Made by a program: the position numbers and the translations under genes. A stretch of 64,000 nucleotides of DNA from Sporopachydermia quercuum (Eukaryota). Below, in pieces: positions 62,601-64,000 of the stretch; position 1 is the stretch's first letter; each line of letters opens with the position of its first letter. The notes beneath the pieces are model-generated. The model saw only the letters and a list, made by a program, of their open reading frames with translations, was not told the origin of the DNA and searched no databases. The stretch spans positions 992,001 through 1,056,000 of the forward strand of contig BCGN01000005.1 of assembly GCA_001599295.1 (NCBI GenBank). The letters are read 5' to 3'.

Positions 62601-63024
62601 CTAGATGGTTATAAGCATAATGATCGATGTCAAAATCAGCTTTTTTTATAATATTCAACAAGTGCATAATAGTATTTGGATCTGAAATTAACTCTTCTAA
62701 TTGAGTCTTTTCATATAAAACTTCTCTGCTTTTAGCTGGCAATTGACTCAAGCTGGAACTAGAGTAATTTTTCTGGCTATTAGTACTAAATGCAGCACCA
62801 AAATTAGAGCTTATGTGTTCATTCAATATATTTGGCGATGAAAAATCATAGCTCAGCTCTTCGTCTTCATCATCATAGTTTTCATTTTCAGTTTCTTGAA
62901 ACTCCTTGGGACAAGGTAACAACGCCTGTTGTATGTTTAAGAGCTTGCATACTGTTTGAAGATCTACTTCTTGTGAGTCAAACAGCTTTCTTACTCTTGC
63001 TATACTGAATATTCGAGATTGCAT
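59608..63024 (-). CDS. Divergent SIT4-associated protein (SAPS domain, PP6 regulatory subunit)
   Basis: 1138 aa, acidic; 'KGDLLKCQF...LIGLHPYSDLLHSSILGFISEVL' and 'SYGGMIHVLSNQL...WTDYM' resemble SAPS-domain segments. Confidence 0.65.
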   Translation of the reverse strand: MQSRIFSIARVRKLFDSQEVDLQTVCKLLNIQQALLPCPKEFQETENENYDDEDEELSYDFSSPNILNEHISSNFGAAFSTNSQKNYSSSSLSQLPAKSREVLYEKTQLEELISDPNTIMHLLNIIKKADFDIDHYAYNHLESFPDEFKNENENEESNGDSEKIFQLKDENGLERISEPDIDNDEIEYRFNGLKENAHEEKAHKEGTVNDSLNTSNNYDSDVELEYDPSWSSNSINPLTSQDVSPAIEAPPSESKLTILKNAKLATSILLANFSSTYGYSTQEHLRMSIQSLLLSNKECFVALFELLSAHFYPPLKSFALILDRLIDDSSEEFELAFYNHIINSKDDKDESSTRKSDIFSGYTGASILTGSSFSNSIIMPTSVATSRLNVANKFIYRLDNEAVAKTLFRILSLDCRHNFEESDVDIEINIAKYLYDDECLVEKLIQNLIFPKNNSKTYQLNIREFIIGLVSNIPGDESSTNNNSSNPNFGNSNMNESSTTNTNSQSLVLRHLFDKTTVRVLLEAMXTXSLIMTHGLEIFVVGIEMVEKLNSQIDFTIVLDNNLNRRMSDQGVAEGHKRIDINSHSSTGMGFSTKNRGNENDSLHTISSNNNISSNIAPEDISHNTHHNQISPHDSLELEDLEDEVNDYLVYVGYFIETISGLLSVFFSLLQMNGDEFLXWKNKRSSHDFDSIGSAMNGTLTVKPYNNANQHADTSNESTIGRYSNGEIYLKYRIIVFLTRVFSLSNTLYLNDIFLDSVYYRLFNRSSQQKNVKDSFIINDTKKSNSSISCFXSSTELTNILSSTLYSKISIPSPLTKGDLLKCQFFVSNFLSTLVNLIGLHPYSDLLHSSILGFISEVLSTSLLDDIMMIQEDYKRLVMEDEDASANAVSSDNSIMKHEAHEDIFLVTGFYNFTVYLQLDLFSRVDILNEILKLYRDNNEFQKSNDGREEYSYGGMIHVLSNQLQSFYMSIGEFLSIEKTKKQRLIDLGLESDLEGEEEEEDYDNDEFDELNDNNNNEDKKLYNRRAVSEQFIKVVQEIQCIFNKNASWTDYMDDIVNTTETEWKKLLGRTSDDETKQDISHNYIMNPNAIVLGYKNDGFYDDDDDESTSSIGNETAPTNTSNSYDSYDDSDGDIDMG

Positions 63025-64000
63025 TGTGAGTAGAATATTTTGAGAACGGAAAGATTGTTCGAATGTGCCTTATGATATAGATGTCTATGAAGTTGCAACA
63101 GAGAATACAATTATAATTTGACTGTGAGCTTGAGATCTGAGAAAGCTAATGAAATCATAATACGAGGTTAAACGCTAATCGCCAAACTATCTCCAAGAAA
63201 ATTAACAACAAAGTAATAACTAATTTCTGCTTGATTTCTGATTATGAAAAGCAAAACAAGAATTGCACATAAAAAGTGATACGACGACGGCGGAAGAAAA
63301 TCAGGCGTGAGAGTTGTTGGTTCAGGCGTTAGTTAATTCATTGGCTGGCATCATACTAAACAAATCGATGGTATGAATGAAACAAGATACCTTATGATGA
63401 CTAGTTGATATAACGAACATACAATGTCCTGAACAGTAGAGTTGATTGTCAAACTAGATAAAAATTATAAGTCTTGAGGTGTTTATTTTGATCTGCACGA
63501 CGATCCAGCGTTATGTGAGCGGTAATATGTGGTTATTGTTAGAACTTCCGTTCTTGATTGTACAGCATCGCCTGGTTGTTGGTGTTGGTTGATATGTGCT
63601 GTGACGTTCCCAAAGAAAATTATTGGCTCAAGCAGCTATGAAGCAGGACTAGATATATCTAGATACAATATTAGTAACAAAATCGAATACTGGCCACTAA
63701 AAATAGCGTATCCAAATAACAAATCAACGTATTTATGTGAACCAGTCTAGTACTCGTTGATGAGGTGAGGAGGAAAAATATAGAATGTGAAGAACGAAAA
63801 AATAATATAAAGTTAAAATTGAAAACACCTACATATTTGCGCACATCAATGCATTCCACAGTTGAAGTGGTTCAATGTGATCGGTATTATTTTAGTATGA
63901 TGTCGTTAAAAGTCGTTTTGATTATGAAACACATAACGAGATAAATTGTAGTAGAGCTATCCTTAAAATTTTAATTTAATGTATTGAAAGTCCACTTTTA

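Overview
AT-rich nuclear DNA from an intron-rich budding yeast (Saccharomycotina). CTG appears to encode Leu, since the conserved GAPDH motif TTNC-L-AP uses CTG. About 26 protein-coding genes are supported, mostly housekeeping: SLM3, a YNL058C/CSI2-like gene, OCA2, POR1, YAF9, TFC7, CCS1, TDH, NAP1, NOP53, POC4, DFR1, copper amine oxidase, SEC62, FMP30, ECM31, EHT1/EEB1, TPM, EOS1, queuine TGT, ELP4, TAN1, EMC4, POP7, a SAP-like gene and several hypotheticals. I rebuilt 21 spliceosomal introns by hand. Main observations: (1) tropomyosin is followed by a 122-codon in-frame extension with a hydrophobic tail, reachable by readthrough (TAA-CTAG) or by an in-frame 81-nt cryptic intron, suggesting a membrane-anchored isoform. 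(2) GAPDH has a cryptic PTS1 (*VRCRL*) behind its stop. (3) An unannotated ~160-nt structured RNA candidate with a kink-turn lies at 9135-9294. (4) A mosaic mitochondrial-like insert carries group IIB intron domain I pieces and half a tRNA(UCA). (5) An orphan spliced gene has an eIF4E-binding motif. (6) The GAPDH promoter holds a dense TGACA cluster. All identities come from motif recognition; no searches were run.
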